Positions 62,501 through 64,000 of a stretch of DNA of 64,000 nucleotides are shown piece by piece. Position 1 is the stretch's first letter, and the number at the start of each line of letters is the position of its first letter. The stretch spans positions 386,278 to 450,277 of the forward strand of contig DAHWKL010000001.1 in NCBI GenBank assembly GCA_027343665.1, written 5' to 3'. The position numbers were made by a program, and so were the translations under genes. The notes beneath the pieces are model-generated. The model searched no databases. It was not told the origin of the DNA and saw only the letters and a program-made list of their open reading frames with translations. Origin of the DNA: an archaeon. Lineage in GTDB: Archaea; Nanobdellota; Nanobdellia; Pacearchaeales; GW2011-AR1.

Positions 62501-62976
62501 TTAGAGGATTAGGGTTCACTCATAATACTCAAAATATAAATGAAGGGGTTGTTTGTTCTTCCTATAAACTTCTCGAAAGCATGACTGATAAAGTAAATCA
62601 TCAGATGGCACTTGTAGAAAAAATTCGTGCAGTTGATACTGCTGATACTGCTAGACTAATAATAAACAGACATTTTATAAGAGATTTAAGAGGTAACCTT
62701 AGAAGTTTCTCTATGCAGGACTTTAGATGCGTACAGTGTAATGAAATTATGAGAAGGCCCCCTCTTGATGGAAAATGTCCTGCTTGCGGCGGGAAGATTA
62801 TCTTCACCATAAATGAAGGGGGGATAAAAAAATATCTTGAGCCCGCCCTTTCTCTCGCAAAAAGATATAATCTTAGCCCATACTTACAGCAAAATCTCCT
62901 CTTGATAAAAGGTTATATTGACAGTATTTTCGGCAAGGAAATTGAGAAGCAAGCAGGACTTGCGGAGTTCATTTAA
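59515..62976 (+). CDS. DNA polymerase D large subunit (DP2, catalytic)
   Basis: 1153 aa. It has conserved DP2 blocks (GRPVFGHPSRSGGFRFRYGR, MGRPEKA, DCDGDEAA) and C-terminal Zn-finger cysteines (CVQC...CPACGG). Confidence 0.9.
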   Translation: MKTENYFKTLKSKIDNIYSVATLARTKGFDPVDSVEIPLATSMAEKVVGLISTIYPQMQGSGISERILNLEKEFGKLDPTVIFKIAEEVSDQKFCKFPTVLEAMDAGIRVGLAYITLGVVSSPIEGYTGLELGKTRDGKDYIIANFSGPIRSAGTTASCIALMLIDFMREKFGFAKYDPTEKEVKRVWTELSDFHERITNLQYMPTEEEALFLAKNMPFQVAGEPSERLEVSNYKNLERVNTNFLRSGFCLVMAEGLAQKASKGLRLLNQAKKNGIKSTGFDWLKEYNEIHEKRTLGKDESHNSPTYIKDLVAGRPVFGHPSRSGGFRFRYGRGRSSGFSAVSVHPATMAITDDFIAIGTQLKIEKPTKGCAVTTCDEIEGPIVKLKNGSVLQIKDKDEARKIYPEVEEIIYLGDILFPFSDLLNRNAQLIKPGYVEEWWFKDLKEKGFEGSLDYYKVSIDDAIKLSEKYHIPLHPKYIFYWKEISPEEFFGLISWLKSSWLDSELVLPWSKSDREKFALGKRALELLGVPHRVNIETIVLDKSITRAFLLNLGLIDKVPEGKLFLKDSVSDKFDSQKTILEIVNSLSHLIIKDKSGEFIGTRMGRPEKAKVRKLTGSPNVLFPVGEEGGRLRSVEAACKLGYVNGSFPLYYCDKCASETIYKVCENCGERTRKKYYFYDIKEKSFESKIEYSQKEGLPYCNQKLDIEHYFNRAKEKLGWIKDNLPPLIKGVRGLSSESKIPENLVKGILRAKHNLQVNKDGTIRMDATELPLVSFKPKEIGASVEKLNEMGYDEDIHGNPLIDEDQIVELMPHDVLIPSSSETPDEKGEDVFIKICKFTDDLLVNLYGLPPYYNVKKREDLIGTLGVCMAPHNCAGVVCRFIGFSNTLGLFASPYMHAAIRRDCDGDEAAIMLLGDVLLNFSRKFLPSHRGGNQDAPLVLNSKIDAGEVDDQILDFEAVSEYPLELYHLAEEKVHSSKASVLTIRKILKEGGDPFRGLGFTHNTQNINEGVVCSSYKLLESMTDKVNHQMALVEKIRAVDTADTARLIINRHFIRDLRGNLRSFSMQDFRCVQCNEIMRRPPLDGKCPACGGKIIFTINEGGIKKYLEPALSLAKRYNLSPYLQQNLLLIKGYIDSIFGKEIEKQAGLAEFI

Positions 62977-63995
62977 ACAATTCCAAAATAAAAAAGGATA
63001 GTCGGAATTATCAAACTACCCATCATATTTGTTCTCTTCACACCCAATTTTATGCAATAAATTCCTGTTAATGTGGAAATTATAAGGATTAAAATTCCGA
63101 CGATTCCAGACACGAGCAAAACAATTATCACTAAAATTACAAGAGTGGAGTAAGATAATAATCTATAATTCAGCCTTTTGAATCTAACTGCGAAAAATTT
63201 TGCAAGAGTTTCAGACCATTGGAATGCAACAAATCCCGTCAGAATGGTTATTATAAGGATTAATACCAAATAATTCAAGTTCATACTTCCTACAAGCTGT
63301 TTCAATGCATCAGCTGTGCCTGTCCTGGTTTTTCCTAAAGCGTAAAGTGAAATAAAGGAAAATCCCATGACTAAAGTATTAACTATTCCAAGAAGAACAA
63401 GAAATTGTCTTTGATCATTTTTAATAAAAGTGTTTCCTATAACTGCCGCCTGGCCTGATCCGACTCCAGGAAGAAAACTGCAGAAAGGGGCGGATATTGC
63501 TGCTCCCACTATCGGTCTTTTCAATTCAACTTTAGTTTTAGTTATTTCCTGAGGAGGAATTTCTGTTTTAGACTTTATTGAGATGATAATATTCGAAGCT
63601 CCAAAAAGGCCAGTTAATAAAGGGAGAAGCGGCTGATTAAACTGGAAAGCCGAGAGGGCATAACCCAAAAAACCGGTAAGCAAAAATGCAAACAATGCTT
63701 TTAACTTATTTTTTTCCGTGAAGATTATAATGAATGAGACAACAATCAAAAGGTAGGGTATCAATCCGGTTATGACTGAATTGAAATTTTTCATCAGAAA
63801 AATTGCCGGTATAAATATCACAAGTAAAATTACTATCGCCAAAATACTTCCTATATTTGACAAATGGACCGCTTCGTATCCTCTTTTGTCTTTCAAAAAA
63901 CTATGTCCCGGGAGGATTGACAATTCTGTGTCCGTGTCCGGGCAACCTAAGAAAACGGATGGAATAAAGTCCAAAAAAGTGTGTGTTATTGACAT
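62973..63995 (-). CDS. DUF112/TctA-family membrane protein
   Basis: 340 aa, polytopic. FLPGVGSGQAAVIG is typical of the TctA/DUF112 family. Confidence 0.5.
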   Translation of the reverse strand: MSITHTFLDFIPSVFLGCPDTDTELSILPGHSFLKDKRGYEAVHLSNIGSILAIVILLVIFIPAIFLMKNFNSVITGLIPYLLIVVSFIIIFTEKNKLKALFAFLLTGFLGYALSAFQFNQPLLPLLTGLFGASNIIISIKSKTEIPPQEITKTKVELKRPIVGAAISAPFCSFLPGVGSGQAAVIGNTFIKNDQRQFLVLLGIVNTLVMGFSFISLYALGKTRTGTADALKQLVGSMNLNYLVLILIITILTGFVAFQWSETLAKFFAVRFKRLNYRLLSYSTLVILVIIVLLVSGIVGILILIISTLTGIYCIKLGVKRTNMMGSLIIPTILFYFGIV

Positions 63996-64000
63996 CGCGA

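Overview
This is an AT-rich archaeal chromosome segment. Sampled 60-mers are about 25-35% GC. Archaeal markers present are PolD DP1/DP2, Orc1/Cdc6, AglB, r-proteins L18e/L21e and RNAP subunits D/F/N. All function calls come from motifs read by eye in the supplied translations; no HMM or BLAST search was possible. The ORF track uses TTG/GTG as M, so several starts were trimmed to ATGs checked in the sequence.

Layout:
- 0.7-22.2 kb: a large surface/N-glycosylation cluster. It holds a GlcNAc-1-P transferase, flippase, sulfotransferase, GT1/GT2 enzymes, two FkbM methyltransferases, an NDP-sugar pathway with a C-methyltransferase, WecB and AglB. A tight 4-gene operon at 4.0-7.5 kb interrupts it: two paralogous pol-beta nucleotidyltransferase proteins, a HIT-like protein and a RelA/SpoT-type HD hydrolase.
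- 22.3-25.0 kb: SecD/SecF.
- 25.0-25.8 kb: 5S rRNA, three tRNAs and an HNH remnant.
- 25.8-29.9 kb: Rpp21, RpoN, L21e-RpoF-DUF655-S13-S4-S11-RpoD.
- 29.9-40.3 kb: a roughly 10.4 kb opposite-strand insertion that splits the conserved RpoD|L18e junction and abuts the 3' end of tRNA-Leu(CAA). Its left, GC-richer half carries bacterial-looking secreted beta-barrel/lipoprotein genes, conserved 7-codon IRAP-stop mini-ORFs, hairpin+U terminators, four small putative wHTH genes and an iteron-like array. Its right, host-like half is a 4-gene operon ending in a HerA/FtsK-type ATPase-wHTH.
- 40.5-41.7 kb: L18e-L13-S9.
- 42.1-43.4 kb: XerA-like recombinase plus a catalytic-domain-less serine-recombinase fragment.
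- 43.5-45.2 kb: RRM protein and LysE.
- 45.2-51.6 kb: UvrB-UvrC-UvrA.
- 51.6-52.7 kb: a 1.1 kb repeat-rich non-coding region.
- 52.7-54.1 kb: two convergent coiled-coil/QTD-linker/wHTH paralogs.
- 55.44-55.80 kb: predicted oriC, with inverted ORB boxes flanking an AT-rich DUE.
- 55.8-64.0 kb: Orc1/Cdc6, PolD-DP1, an Nfo-like gene, PolD-DP2 and a DUF112/TctA-like membrane protein.

Best candidates for an undescribed system are the 29.9-40.3 kb island (both halves) and the NTase/HIT/HD operon.
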